Positions 49,781-60,862 of a stretch of DNA of 64,000 nt are shown here, piece by piece. Source of the DNA: Alphaproteobacteria bacterium (GTDB lineage: Bacteria; Pseudomonadota; Alphaproteobacteria; UBA7887); NCBI GenBank assembly GCA_965216755.1, contig CBDCGL010000011.1:4672001-4736000 (forward strand), written 5' to 3'. Within the stretch, counting starts at the first letter, position 1, and every line of letters starts with the position of its first letter. Made by a program: the position numbers and the translations under genes. The notes below the pieces were generated by a model. That model saw nothing but the letters and a program-made list of their open reading frames with translations, did not search any database and was not told the DNA's origin.

Positions 49781-51340
49781 ATGAATAGTTTAAAACGTGG
49801 TCTCCGGATGGGCTTCGAGCCGGTCGAAAGCGCATTCGATCGCATTTTTTCGCCCGCGTGGAATCCATTCTATCATCTGGGCGCGCTCGGATTCTTTTAC
49901 TACTGGATTGTCGCGATCAGCGGCATCTATGTATATCTTTTTTTCGATACGGGGACAGAGGCGGCGTACGCATCGGTGGAGTTCATCACCAATGCGCAGC
50001 GATATCATGCGGGCATTATGCGCAGCCTGCACCGCTACGCGTCTGATGGCCTGGTGCTTATGATGGCGATCCACATGGTGCGCGAGTTCTCGCTGGATCG
50101 TCTGCGCGGCGCGCGCTGGTTCACCTGGGTGACCGGGCTGCCGGTTCTATGGCTGGTCGTCGCGTCGGGCATTACCGGTTATTGGCTGGTGTGGGACAAA
50201 CTGGCCCAGTATGTGGCGATCGCGACAACGGAATGGCTGGACTGGTTGCCATTTTTTGGCGAGCCCATTGCGCGAAATTTTCTGTCGGTTGCGAGTTTGG
50301 ATAGCCGCTTTTTTACTTTGTTGATCTTCATTCACATCGCTGTGCCGTTGATCCTGTTGTTCGTTCTTTGGATCCATTTGCAGCGGGTCAGTCGGCCGGC
50401 GATTCATCCGCCGCGCGGGCTTGCCCTTGGCACTCTCGCCATGCTGGTGGTCCTGTCACTGTTCAAGCCGGCGACAAGCCACGGACCCGCAAATCTGGCT
50501 GAAGTGCCGGTGGTTGTTCAGCTGGACTGGTTCTATCTGGGATTCTACCCACTGCAAGAAATCTGGGGTTCCGGCGCCTTGTGGGGATTGGTCGGGATTC
50601 TGAGCCTGACCGTGGCCGCGCTGCCGTGGATGCCGTCGATGCGCCGGCCCGCGCCGGCTAAGGTGGATTTGGAGAACTGCAATGGTTGTCGGCGGTGTGT
50701 CGACGATTGCCCCTATTTTGCCGTGGCCATGCAACCGCGAAGCGACGGCAAGCCGTTTGACGCGGAAGCCGTTGTTAACCCGGATTTGTGCGTTTCCTGT
50801 GGCATTTGCGCCGGCGCGTGCCCGACCTCGACGCCGTTTCGACGCGCACAAGACCTTTCGCCAGGCATCGAATTGCCGGATGACCGCTTGGCCGATCTGC
50901 GTGCGCGCATTGAAACTGCGGTGGGTGCGCCAAATGCGCGGCGCGTGATCACGTTTGCATGCGATCACGGCGCGAATCCAAAGTCGGTTCAACATCCTAG
51001 CGCGGCGGTCGTGCGCGTGCCGTGCGTCGGAATGGTCCCGCCATCATTTATCGACTTTGTACTCAGTCGCGGCATCGGTGGCGGCGCCGTCTTGGCCGGA
51101 TGCCACGAAGGTGAGTGCTACCATCGTTTCGGTGCGCAATGGACTGCCGATCGGTTGGACCGAAAACGCGATCCCTATCTTCGGGCGCGCGTGGACGACC
51201 GCCGGGTCATGCGGCTTGGCGCCGGTCCGCGCGATCACCGTCACGTCGAAACCCTGATTGGCACGTTTGTATCGGAACTCGAGGCGCTGGATGCCGTCGC
51301 CGAGAAAGATGCCGAAATGACGGCGCGCGAGGCGGTCTGA
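49781..51340 (+). CDS. Cytochrome b/b6 - 2x[4Fe-4S] ferredoxin - MvhD/FlpD [2Fe-2S] fusion protein
   Basis: RSLHRY...AIHMVR and IFIHI...WIHLQ heme His pairs; CNGCRRCVDDCP and CVSCGICAGACP; ITFAC, RVPCVG, AGCHEGECYH. Confidence 0.85.
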   Translation: MNSLKRGLRMGFEPVESAFDRIFSPAWNPFYHLGALGFFYYWIVAISGIYVYLFFDTGTEAAYASVEFITNAQRYHAGIMRSLHRYASDGLVLMMAIHMVREFSLDRLRGARWFTWVTGLPVLWLVVASGITGYWLVWDKLAQYVAIATTEWLDWLPFFGEPIARNFLSVASLDSRFFTLLIFIHIAVPLILLFVLWIHLQRVSRPAIHPPRGLALGTLAMLVVLSLFKPATSHGPANLAEVPVVVQLDWFYLGFYPLQEIWGSGALWGLVGILSLTVAALPWMPSMRRPAPAKVDLENCNGCRRCVDDCPYFAVAMQPRSDGKPFDAEAVVNPDLCVSCGICAGACPTSTPFRRAQDLSPGIELPDDRLADLRARIETAVGAPNARRVITFACDHGANPKSVQHPSAAVVRVPCVGMVPPSFIDFVLSRGIGGGAVLAGCHEGECYHRFGAQWTADRLDRKRDPYLRARVDDRRVMRLGAGPRDHRHVETLIGTFVSELEALDAVAEKDAEMTAREAV

Positions 51341-51345
51341 TCACC

Positions 51346-51870
51346 ATGTCCTATGCCGTTACCATACGCGATTGGGGGCCACGTCTTCTGGGCCAGGCTG
51401 TTATCTACGCCGGAATTGCTGCGCTTTTCGGGTATTTTTCGACCAGTCCGGCATATGTTCGCCTGGGTCCGGATGAGGCGGTCATCAAGCTCAGCTTTGC
51501 CCACGGAGGCGCCCGTAAAGGCGGGTGCCGGCGATTGAGCGCCGAGGAAATTGCCGCTTTGCCGCCGAACATGCGGCGCCCGCTTGATTGCCCGAGGGAA
51601 CGGGTGCCCGTTTATGTGGAATTGTTGCTGGACGACGAGCCGATTTATCAGGAGTCATTGCCGCCAACCGGATTGGCTGGTGATGGACCATCAAGCGCGT
51701 ATGTCCGGTTTCGGGTCGCGGCCGGCGCCTACACATTAATTGCGCGGTTGCGCGACAGTGATCGTGACACCGGGTTCGATTTCACGTCGGTGAAGCAGGT
51801 TGTGATGGCCCCGGGGCAGAATTTCGTTATCGATTTTCGTGCCGAAACCGGCGGGTTCATTTTCAGGTGA
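51346..51870 (+). CDS. Membrane-anchored hypothetical protein with a Cys pair
   Basis: N-terminal TM; GGCRRLS...PPNMRRPLDCPRER; start at ATG 51346. Confidence 0.75.
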   Translation: MSYAVTIRDWGPRLLGQAVIYAGIAALFGYFSTSPAYVRLGPDEAVIKLSFAHGGARKGGCRRLSAEEIAALPPNMRRPLDCPRERVPVYVELLLDDEPIYQESLPPTGLAGDGPSSAYVRFRVAAGAYTLIARLRDSDRDTGFDFTSVKQVVMAPGQNFVIDFRAETGGFIFR

Positions 51871-51886
51871 CGCGACGAGGTACTTG

Positions 51887-52291
51887 ATGGTTTTGTTAAA
51901 TTGGCGTCGCGAGTACGAAATCGGAATTCCGGCGGTTGACCACGAACACCGCGCATTAATTGATCTGATAAATGAATTGCATGCCAATTTAAAAAAGGGT
52001 GAGAGCGCAGCGAAAATCAGCGATTTTTTGGGCGATGTCTTTGCGGCCATTTCGGCCCATTTTGCCCTGGAGGAACGGGTGATGCGCGAACATGCCTATG
52101 ATGGCTTTGACGCCCATAAGGCCGAGCATGAGCAACTTCTAGACGATATTCGCGACGTGATGGATCGCCATGAGAACGGCGATTATGCCGATTCGGATCA
52201 AGAGTTGGCTGAGCACTTACGTTCTTGGTTTCTGGGCCATTTCTCGACGCTCGACGCGCGCCTGCATAAAGCGCTCGGCGATCATTTTTAG
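51887..52291 (+). CDS. Bacteriohemerythrin
   Basis: W...Y.IG...VDHEH, HFALEE, HKAEH, WFLGH...D di-iron ligands. Confidence 0.92.
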   Translation: MVLLNWRREYEIGIPAVDHEHRALIDLINELHANLKKGESAAKISDFLGDVFAAISAHFALEERVMREHAYDGFDAHKAEHEQLLDDIRDVMDRHENGDYADSDQELAEHLRSWFLGHFSTLDARLHKALGDHF

Positions 52292-54459
52292 GCGGCGGGT
52301 TGCTTGGTCGCGGCGGCCGCGGCCGCCGCCCGGGCCTCGCGCCTTTTGCGCCGCGCGATCAGCGGCGGGCACAAGTGATTATCGTAGTAGTGCATTTGGC
52401 ATTCGAGGCAGTAGATGCATTCGCTGGGGTTGATTGCACCATTGGGATGAATCGATTGCACCGTGCACCGCGTTGCGCAAATGCCGCATTCCGCGCCGCA
52501 CTGTTTGCGCCGCTTTAGCCATTCGAACATGCGCAGGCGCGAGGGGATCGCGAGCGCCGCGCCGAGCGGGCACAAATAGCGGCAGAAAAAGCGTTCGATA
52601 AACAGCCCGGCGCACAGCAACAACGCGACATAAAGCAAGAACGGCCAGTGGCGCATGAATTTCAACGAGATGGCGGTCTTAAAGGGTTCAACTTCCGACG
52701 CCGTCACCGCCAATTCCATCGTGTTGAGCGATAACGCCAGCAGAATGAGAAAGAGGAGGTATTTCAACGGCCACAATCTTTCGTGTATGGAAAATCGTGG
52801 ACTGTACTGCGGCACGTTGAGGCGCCGCGCGACCATATTGGCAAGCTCCTGCAAGGCGCCGAACGGACATAGCCAGCCGCAATACACGCCGCGCCCCCAG
52901 AATAGAATCGTGACCGCCACAAAGCTCCACAGTATGAAAATCAAGGGTTCGAGCAAAAAGAATTCCCAGCGAAAATCCTCCATCAAGGCATGTATAAAGG
53001 TTAGTACGTTAATTATTGATAATTGCGCTCCGGCATACCAGCCAAGCCACAAGAGCGTGAACAGGAGAAACGATGTTCGAATTCCGGCGTGTAGTGCGGG
53101 ATGTCGGGAAACGGCATCCTGAAGGAAGAGAACGCCGGTCAGCGCCAACAAGGCGAGAATCAAAATCGAGATTCGGACCGGCTGATTTCGCCAGGCCTGA
53201 ATCCACAGCGGCGCATCGGCGGCGAAAAAGGCTGCCAAACTGAGCGCCGTCGTGTCGGCCTTTGGTGCCAAGATCAGCGTGTTGGGCAACTGGTACCGTA
53301 AGCCAAAGACAGCGCGCGCTGTTTCGCCATCGCTTTTCTTTCGCGATACGGTTAGGTCCAGGCGCCACGCATCCTCCGCGCGAAAGCCCGCGTCCGGCGG
53401 AATCGAAAACAACGCGATTTCGCGGAGCGGCGGCAGATTCGCGGCAACCAGGGACTCGAAGCCGCGGTGCCATTCCTTCTTAAGCACGATAGCGCGTTCG
53501 CCTTGCACCAGTTGAACGCGGTCAAATGTGCCGGACTTGACATAACCTGTGCCTTTGAACGAATAGAGTCCCCATCCGGCTATGACAACAAGATGACCCC
53601 CGATCGGCAATGCGTTGCGCGCTTTGGTGAAATCAGACGGTTCAAACAAGTTCTGGCCAATCGCCGCCGGCGTCGCCAGTCCGGCGTAAAGATCAATGAA
53701 CGTGTCGTCGGGATCAAAGTCCACAACGGCAGGCGCCCCGACCGCGGCCAGAGCTGCTTCAACGTCGCCACGTAAGAGATGGAGGTGACCGATCGCTCCG
53801 GAGGCGATGAGTGTCGGCCAGTCGGCCTCGCGAAAACCGTCCAGATCAATACGCGCCGCGCCGCCATGCGCCGTATCGATGACGCCGCGCGCCCGGGCAA
53901 CCAGCCGGGCCGCGCGAATGATCGCATCGTTCATGACCATGCTGCTTATGGTCGCGCCACTGATGCTGTCGATAGCGCTGGTCCCGGAACCGGCGGCCCC
54001 CAGCTTGGTAGGTTGGCGAATGTCGACGTGTTTGTACTGGGCCACAAAGTCGTGAAGGCTTTGTTCGGCGACGCCGATGATCAGTATCGGTTCTTGATGA
54101 TGCCGAATGAACGCGCCGGTGATCAGGCCTTGCGTGTCGAGGCCAACCAAAATGTCGAAAGGCTTGCCACCATAGCCCGCGGTCTCCGCCACCGCCAAGC
54201 TGGAAAACACGTATCCGAGCTGTTGGTCGCCGCGAGAGACCGTGTGCGCCGGTGGATCTCCGCTTGCCGGGCCAACCCGGTCGGCTCCGGGAAAGACTCG
54301 GTTGACAAGATCAATCGTTAGGTCACCCGACACAAGTTCGGCGGCGATGGCGAGTGGTGCAAATGGGATCAGGGTGCCCAGCACGACAAACACACACAAA
54401 CAGTGTCTGACGGTCCAAGCACGCCCTTGTCCGTTTGTCATATGGGACACGCTAGTCAC
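52288..54459 (-). CDS. nirI: NirI/NosR family FMN- and Fe-S-containing membrane protein
   Basis: DSISGATISS flavinylation motif, YCGWLCPFG, FCRYLCPLG, C-terminal ferredoxin Cys; divergent from nirS. Confidence 0.88.
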   Translation of the reverse strand: MTSVSHMTNGQGRAWTVRHCLCVFVVLGTLIPFAPLAIAAELVSGDLTIDLVNRVFPGADRVGPASGDPPAHTVSRGDQQLGYVFSSLAVAETAGYGGKPFDILVGLDTQGLITGAFIRHHQEPILIIGVAEQSLHDFVAQYKHVDIRQPTKLGAAGSGTSAIDSISGATISSMVMNDAIIRAARLVARARGVIDTAHGGAARIDLDGFREADWPTLIASGAIGHLHLLRGDVEAALAAVGAPAVVDFDPDDTFIDLYAGLATPAAIGQNLFEPSDFTKARNALPIGGHLVVIAGWGLYSFKGTGYVKSGTFDRVQLVQGERAIVLKKEWHRGFESLVAANLPPLREIALFSIPPDAGFRAEDAWRLDLTVSRKKSDGETARAVFGLRYQLPNTLILAPKADTTALSLAAFFAADAPLWIQAWRNQPVRISILILALLALTGVLFLQDAVSRHPALHAGIRTSFLLFTLLWLGWYAGAQLSIINVLTFIHALMEDFRWEFFLLEPLIFILWSFVAVTILFWGRGVYCGWLCPFGALQELANMVARRLNVPQYSPRFSIHERLWPLKYLLFLILLALSLNTMELAVTASEVEPFKTAISLKFMRHWPFLLYVALLLCAGLFIERFFCRYLCPLGAALAIPSRLRMFEWLKRRKQCGAECGICATRCTVQSIHPNGAINPSECIYCLECQMHYYDNHLCPPLIARRKRREARAAAAAAATKQPAA

Positions 54460-54476
54460 TCAGGTACAGCGATCGT

Positions 54477-54490
54477 TTGACCGAGATCAA
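54477..54490. promoter_or_regulatory. FNR/DNR/NnrR box in the nirI-nirS divergent region
   Basis: TTGAC-CGAG-ATCAA. Confidence 0.75.
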
Positions 54491-54641
54491 GGACGATAAC
54501 CACCCCCAATCCGATCCTTATGAGGCCGGGAGGATGCGTGAATAGGCGGTTTTGAACAAGGGCAGGTTGAACCCATATTTGGCATGGGCCGTTAAGGCTG
54601 CCGACCGACGCTGATTCCCTGATGGCTCGATCATGATCTGA

Positions 54642-56483
<1,842 letters not shown>

Positions 56484-56527
56484 ATGGCCCAACGCACAGC
56501 AGTCATGGCGCGCGCAAAAGGACTCCG

Positions 56528-57328
56528 ATGTTGGTGCGCATAGGTGAGCAACCACAGGTCCATCTAGTCGGTGCGGGCCCCGGTGACCCGGAGCTTCTGA
56601 CGCTCCGGGCGCATCGGTTGCTGCGGGAGGCCGACGTCGTTGTTTATGATCGTCTGGTGTCCACGGAGGTATTGGATCTGATACCAACGGGCACGGCGCG
56701 GATCTACGTTGGCAAAGCGTCCGGAAACCACACATTGCCCCAAGCCGAGATCAACACGCTGCTCGCCCGACTGGCGCGGGCCGGGCGGCGTGTGGTTCGA
56801 CTCAAAGGGGGGGATCCGTTCCTTTTCGGCCGCGGTGGTGAAGAGGCCGAAGATCTGGCACGGCTGGGCATTAGATGTGAGATCGTCCCAGGTGTGACCG
56901 CGGCAACCGGGTGTGCGGCGGCCGCCGGTATTCCACTCACTCATCGCGGCCTGGCGACCGGCGTACGCTTTGTGACCGGTCACTGTCGCGGTGAAGGCGC
57001 CCTGGAATTTGATTGGGATGGATTGGTCGATACGCAGACAACCTTGGTCGTCTATATGGGTTTGGCCACACTGCCCGAGCTGGTCCAGAAGCTGGTGGAG
57101 GCTGGGCGCGCCGCCGACACGCCGGTGGCCGCAATCTCTCACGGAACTTGGGAGAGCCAACGAGTCTGCATCGCCAGCTTGGCGACAATCGCCGATGCGG
57201 TTGTTGACGCCAACCTGTCGACTCCGGTTGTCTTCGTCATTGGCGAAGTCGTGCAAATGGCGCGCATTTTGGCACCCCATGACGCGATCCGCGACCGCGA
57301 TTCCGATGTGTCAAGGCATGGCACCTAA
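56528..57328 (+). CDS. nirE: Uroporphyrinogen-III C-methyltransferase
   Basis: LVGAGPGDPELLT, RLKGGDP..FGRGGEE, VPGVTAA. Confidence 0.92.
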   Translation: MLVRIGEQPQVHLVGAGPGDPELLTLRAHRLLREADVVVYDRLVSTEVLDLIPTGTARIYVGKASGNHTLPQAEINTLLARLARAGRRVVRLKGGDPFLFGRGGEEAEDLARLGIRCEIVPGVTAATGCAAAAGIPLTHRGLATGVRFVTGHCRGEGALEFDWDGLVDTQTTLVVYMGLATLPELVQKLVEAGRAADTPVAAISHGTWESQRVCIASLATIADAVVDANLSTPVVFVIGEVVQMARILAPHDAIRDRDSDVSRHGT

Positions 57329-57377
57329 CGACCACCTTGTGGCGTTGATCTTACGATTTTCAGATCTTGTTTGCGAT

Positions 57378-57737
57378 ATGCGCCAATGGCTCGGACGAGT
57401 GGCGATGGCCTGTCCCATCGTCCTGTTGTCGATGTGGCCGACGTTCGTCGCCCTCGCGGCCGAACCCCAAATCCAAATCGACGAACATCGGGGCGACGCG
57501 CTTGTTTACCTTTTGCAGCAAGATTGCGGGTCTTGCCACGGCTTAACGCTAAAAGGTGGGCTCGGACCGCCGCTGTTGCCGCGAAACTTGGCCGACAAGG
57601 CAGACGAAACCCTGGTAAATATTGTGCTCAACGGCGTCCCAGGAACGCCGATGCCGCCGTGGGCTGGGCAACTTAGCCATGATGAGGCATTGTGGCTGAT
57701 CCGCCAGATGAAAGAGGGCAAGCTCGGTGTACGTTAA
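57378..57737 (+). CDS. nirC: Cytochrome c55X (start uncertain)
   Basis: QDCGSCHG.TLKGGLGPPL, GTPMPPW. Confidence 0.9.
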   Translation: MRQWLGRVAMACPIVLLSMWPTFVALAAEPQIQIDEHRGDALVYLLQQDCGSCHGLTLKGGLGPPLLPRNLADKADETLVNIVLNGVPGTPMPPWAGQLSHDEALWLIRQMKEGKLGVR

Positions 57738-58929
57738 CAGAACCGCGTTGTCTCGCCGGGCAACAGCGTTCATATCAATGAGTTTGGCGTTGAGCCTGCT
57801 GGCATGCCAAACGCCGATGCGGGGCACCGGCGACCTTGGTGTGATAGTTGAGCGTGCGGCCGGTTCGGTGCGTATCATTGAAACCACGGACAAGAGCGTC
57901 GTTGCCAGAGTCGCTGGGCTCGGTGATCTTTCCCACGCTTCGGCCGTTTTTTCGCGCGACGCCCGCTATGCCTTCATTTTTGGACGGGATGGCGGCCTGA
58001 CAAAGATCGATTTGCTGACGGGCAAGGTTGTCGCGCGGATCATCCAGGCCGGCAACTCCATCGGTGGGGCAATTTCGCAAGACGGCCGGCTGGTTGCTGT
58101 ATCCAATTATGATCCGGGTGGCGTGCGTGTTTTTGACGCAAACACGCTTTCCCTGGTCGCCGACATTCCGGCGCAAGTCGAAGGATCCGCAGAGCGCTCG
58201 AAAGTGGTCGGGCTGGTTGACGTGCCTGGTGGCGCACGGTTTGCGTTCGCCCTTTACGACGCGGGCCAGATTTGGACCGTTGATTTGGCTGATCCTGAAA
58301 ATCCTACGATCATGCGGTTCTCGGATATTGGCGACCAACCGTATGACGGCTTGGTGACTCCCGACGGCCGTTACTACATAGCCGGATTGTTTGGTGAAGA
58401 CGGCATCGCTTTGCTGGACTTGTGGCGGCCGGACTTAGGCGTGCAACGAATTCTTGACGGTTATGGCCGTGGCGAGGAACCGCTGCCAGTATACAAAATG
58501 CCCCATCTGGAAGGATGGGCTGAGGCCGCGGGCGACCTGTTTTTGCCGGCTGTTGGTCGGCATGAGTTGTTGGTTGTCGCGCGCGACGGATGGCAGGAAG
58601 TCGATCGGATCGCAACGCACGGCCAGCCCATTTTTGCAGTGGCGCGACCCGATGGTCGGCAGATATGGGTCAACTTCGCACATCCACGAAATGAGGTTGT
58701 GCAGGTTTTCGATGTCGCCTCCCGCCAGCTTGTTAAGACCTTGCGGCCCGGCAAAGCGGTCTTACACATGGAGTTCACGCCGCGCGGCGAGCAGGTCTGG
58801 GTGTCGGTTCGCGATGCCGACAAGGTACGTGTGTACGATACCGAGAGTTTCGAGGAAATCTCGGTACTGCCCATGGACAAGCCAAGCGGAATATTTCTGA
58901 CCGCGCGCGCCCACCGGATCGGATTGTGA
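57727..58929 (+). CDS. nirF: Heme d1 biosynthesis protein
   Basis: Lipobox LLAC; GTGDLG, LGDLSHAS, LPVYKMPHLEGW, ARAHRIGL. Confidence 0.94.
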   Translation: MYVNRTALSRRATAFISMSLALSLLACQTPMRGTGDLGVIVERAAGSVRIIETTDKSVVARVAGLGDLSHASAVFSRDARYAFIFGRDGGLTKIDLLTGKVVARIIQAGNSIGGAISQDGRLVAVSNYDPGGVRVFDANTLSLVADIPAQVEGSAERSKVVGLVDVPGGARFAFALYDAGQIWTVDLADPENPTIMRFSDIGDQPYDGLVTPDGRYYIAGLFGEDGIALLDLWRPDLGVQRILDGYGRGEEPLPVYKMPHLEGWAEAAGDLFLPAVGRHELLVVARDGWQEVDRIATHGQPIFAVARPDGRQIWVNFAHPRNEVVQVFDVASRQLVKTLRPGKAVLHMEFTPRGEQVWVSVRDADKVRVYDTESFEEISVLPMDKPSGIFLTARAHRIGL

Positions 58930-59405
58930 ACGCTGCTGGAGGCGCGATGTCAGACCTTGGACCACTAGAGCGGCAATTGCTCGATCGGTTTCAGCGCGAT
59001 TTTCCACTCGATCCACGCCCCTATCGTGTCATCGCGCAATCGCTTGGCTGCTCGGAGAGCCAGGTATTGGACAGTTTGCGCGTCTTGTCCGGCCGCGGCG
59101 TCGTCAGTCGTGTTGGTGCGGCCATTCGCACCGGTGCGGTCGGCGCCAGCACATTGGCGGCGATGGCGGTTCCGGCGGAAGACTTGGCGCGGGTCGCCGA
59201 AATTGTGTCGTCCTATGACGAAGTCAATCACAACTATGAACGCGACCACCGGCTCAATCTGTGGTTCGTGGTCACGGCCGCGGATCGCCCCCGTGTCGAC
59301 GACGTGCTGCGTGACATCGGTCGCCGGACCGGGCTAGAGCCGCTAGACTTGCCCATGCTGGATCGGTATCGGATCGATTTAGGGTTTCCGCTGCAATGGA
59401 TATGA
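58926..59405 (+). CDS. nirD: Siroheme decarboxylase subunit
   Basis: FQRDFPL..RPY, STLAAM, VNHNYERDH..NLWFV. Confidence 0.88.
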   Translation: MNAAGGAMSDLGPLERQLLDRFQRDFPLDPRPYRVIAQSLGCSESQVLDSLRVLSGRGVVSRVGAAIRTGAVGASTLAAMAVPAEDLARVAEIVSSYDEVNHNYERDHRLNLWFVVTAADRPRVDDVLRDIGRRTGLEPLDLPMLDRYRIDLGFPLQWI

Positions 59406-59893
59406 CCGCGATCGACGAACGCCTGCTCGACGCGTTGGCCGACGGCCTGCCATTTGTTGAACGGCCCTATGCGGCACTGGGCAATATGATCGGCGTTGGC
59501 GAGGCGGAGGCGATCGCGCGCATCCGCCGACTGATCGAAGATGATGTAATTTCGCGGTTTGGAATCATCGTTCGGCATCACAGCCTTGGCTATAACGCCA
59601 ATGGCATGGTGGTATGGGATGTACCCGACGATCGGGTCGCGGCCGTGGGCCGCCAAATGGCCGACTGTGCTGGCGTGACACTTTGTTATCGACGGCCGCG
59701 GCGCGACCCAGAGTTTCCCTACAATCTTTATTGTATGATTCATGGTCGCGATCAGCGGACGGTCCGGGACTTGACGCGGCAAGTCGCCGCGACGTGTAAT
59801 TTGCATGACATCCGCCGGGAGATTCTGTTCAGTCGGTCCTGCTTTAAGCAACGCGGCGCGCGTTACCGACTTGCCACGAAAGCGACGGTCTAA
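59396..59893 (+). CDS. nirL: Siroheme decarboxylase subunit
   Basis: GLP...RPY, LGYNANGMVVWDV, LCYRRPR, YNLYCMIHG. Confidence 0.86.
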   Translation: MDMTAIDERLLDALADGLPFVERPYAALGNMIGVGEAEAIARIRRLIEDDVISRFGIIVRHHSLGYNANGMVVWDVPDDRVAAVGRQMADCAGVTLCYRRPRRDPEFPYNLYCMIHGRDQRTVRDLTRQVAATCNLHDIRREILFSRSCFKQRGARYRLATKATV

Positions 59894-60336
59894 TGGACGC
59901 GCTCGATCGAAAAATCATCAACAGTCTGCAGGGTGGATTTCCGCTTACACCGACCCCCTTTGCCGATGCCGCAGCGACGCTGGGAACGGATGAAGCGACC
60001 TTGATTGCGCGTATCGAACGGCTGCACGCGGACCAAACAATCAGCCGCTTTGGCCCCATGTACAATGCCGAACGATTGGGCGGCGAACTGACATTGTGCG
60101 CCATGAGCGTGCCGGCCGAATCGTGGAGTCGAGTTGTCGAGATCGTCAATAGCTTCGATGAAGTGGCGCATAATTATGAGCGTACTCACGAATACAATAT
60201 GTGGTTTGTAATCGCCACTGCGCATGTTGGTCGCGCCGACGAAGCCATTGCTGAAATCGAAGCCGCCACGGGGCTTCAAATTGTCAATTTACCCAAGGAA
60301 GAAGAGTTTTTCATTGGGCTGAGGTTGGCGGTATGA
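59893..60336 (+). CDS. nirG: Siroheme decarboxylase subunit
   Basis: INSLQGGFP, RFGPMY, VAHNYERTH.YNMWFV. Confidence 0.88.
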   Translation: MDALDRKIINSLQGGFPLTPTPFADAAATLGTDEATLIARIERLHADQTISRFGPMYNAERLGGELTLCAMSVPAESWSRVVEIVNSFDEVAHNYERTHEYNMWFVIATAHVGRADEAIAEIEAATGLQIVNLPKEEEFFIGLRLAV

Positions 60337-60848
60337 CACAGCCTGCGGTGACGCGCGACTGCGGTCCGGATATCGTCGATGCCGTCGACCGGCGGATTAT
60401 CGCCGCGACACAACGCGGCCTGCCATTGTGCGCGCGACCCTTTGATGCGGTCGCGGCGGAAATCGGTCTCGCTACTGAAGAGGTATTGGACCGTATGCGG
60501 CGCATGCTGGCGACCGGTGTCATACGACGGGTTGGCATCGTCCCAAATCACTATGCGTTGGGCTATCGCTTTAACGGCATGAGCGTATGGGATGTTGATG
60601 ACAGAGCGCTGCCGGCACTGGGGCGTCGAGTCGGCGCCTTGGATTTTGTCACACATTGCTATCGGCGCCCGCGCCGGCTGCCCGTGTGGCGTTACAACTT
60701 GTTTGCCATGGTGCACGGACGCACGCGCGGGGACGTCGAAGACAAAGTGGCGCGGATTCAGACACTGCTGGGCGCGGCTGCACGGGCCCATGATGTATTG
60801 TACAGCAGGAAGATTCTGAAAAAGACGGGTCTTCGTGTGCGTGGGTAA
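60333..60848 (+). CDS. nirH: Siroheme decarboxylase subunit
   Basis: ATQRGLPL, VPNHY.LG, HCYRRPR, ILKKTGLR. Confidence 0.9.
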   Translation: MTQPAVTRDCGPDIVDAVDRRIIAATQRGLPLCARPFDAVAAEIGLATEEVLDRMRRMLATGVIRRVGIVPNHYALGYRFNGMSVWDVDDRALPALGRRVGALDFVTHCYRRPRRLPVWRYNLFAMVHGRTRGDVEDKVARIQTLLGAAARAHDVLYSRKILKKTGLRVRG

Positions 60849-60862
60849 GGAGGTCGCGGCAA

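Noticed and set aside
49781-51340. petB of a bc1 complex, or a hydrogenase subunit
   Set aside because: No Rieske or cytochrome c1 genes, no PEWY motif, no hydrogenase genes
52288-54459. nosR of a nitrous oxide reductase cluster
   Set aside because: No nosZDFYL in the window; position divergent from nirS fits nirI
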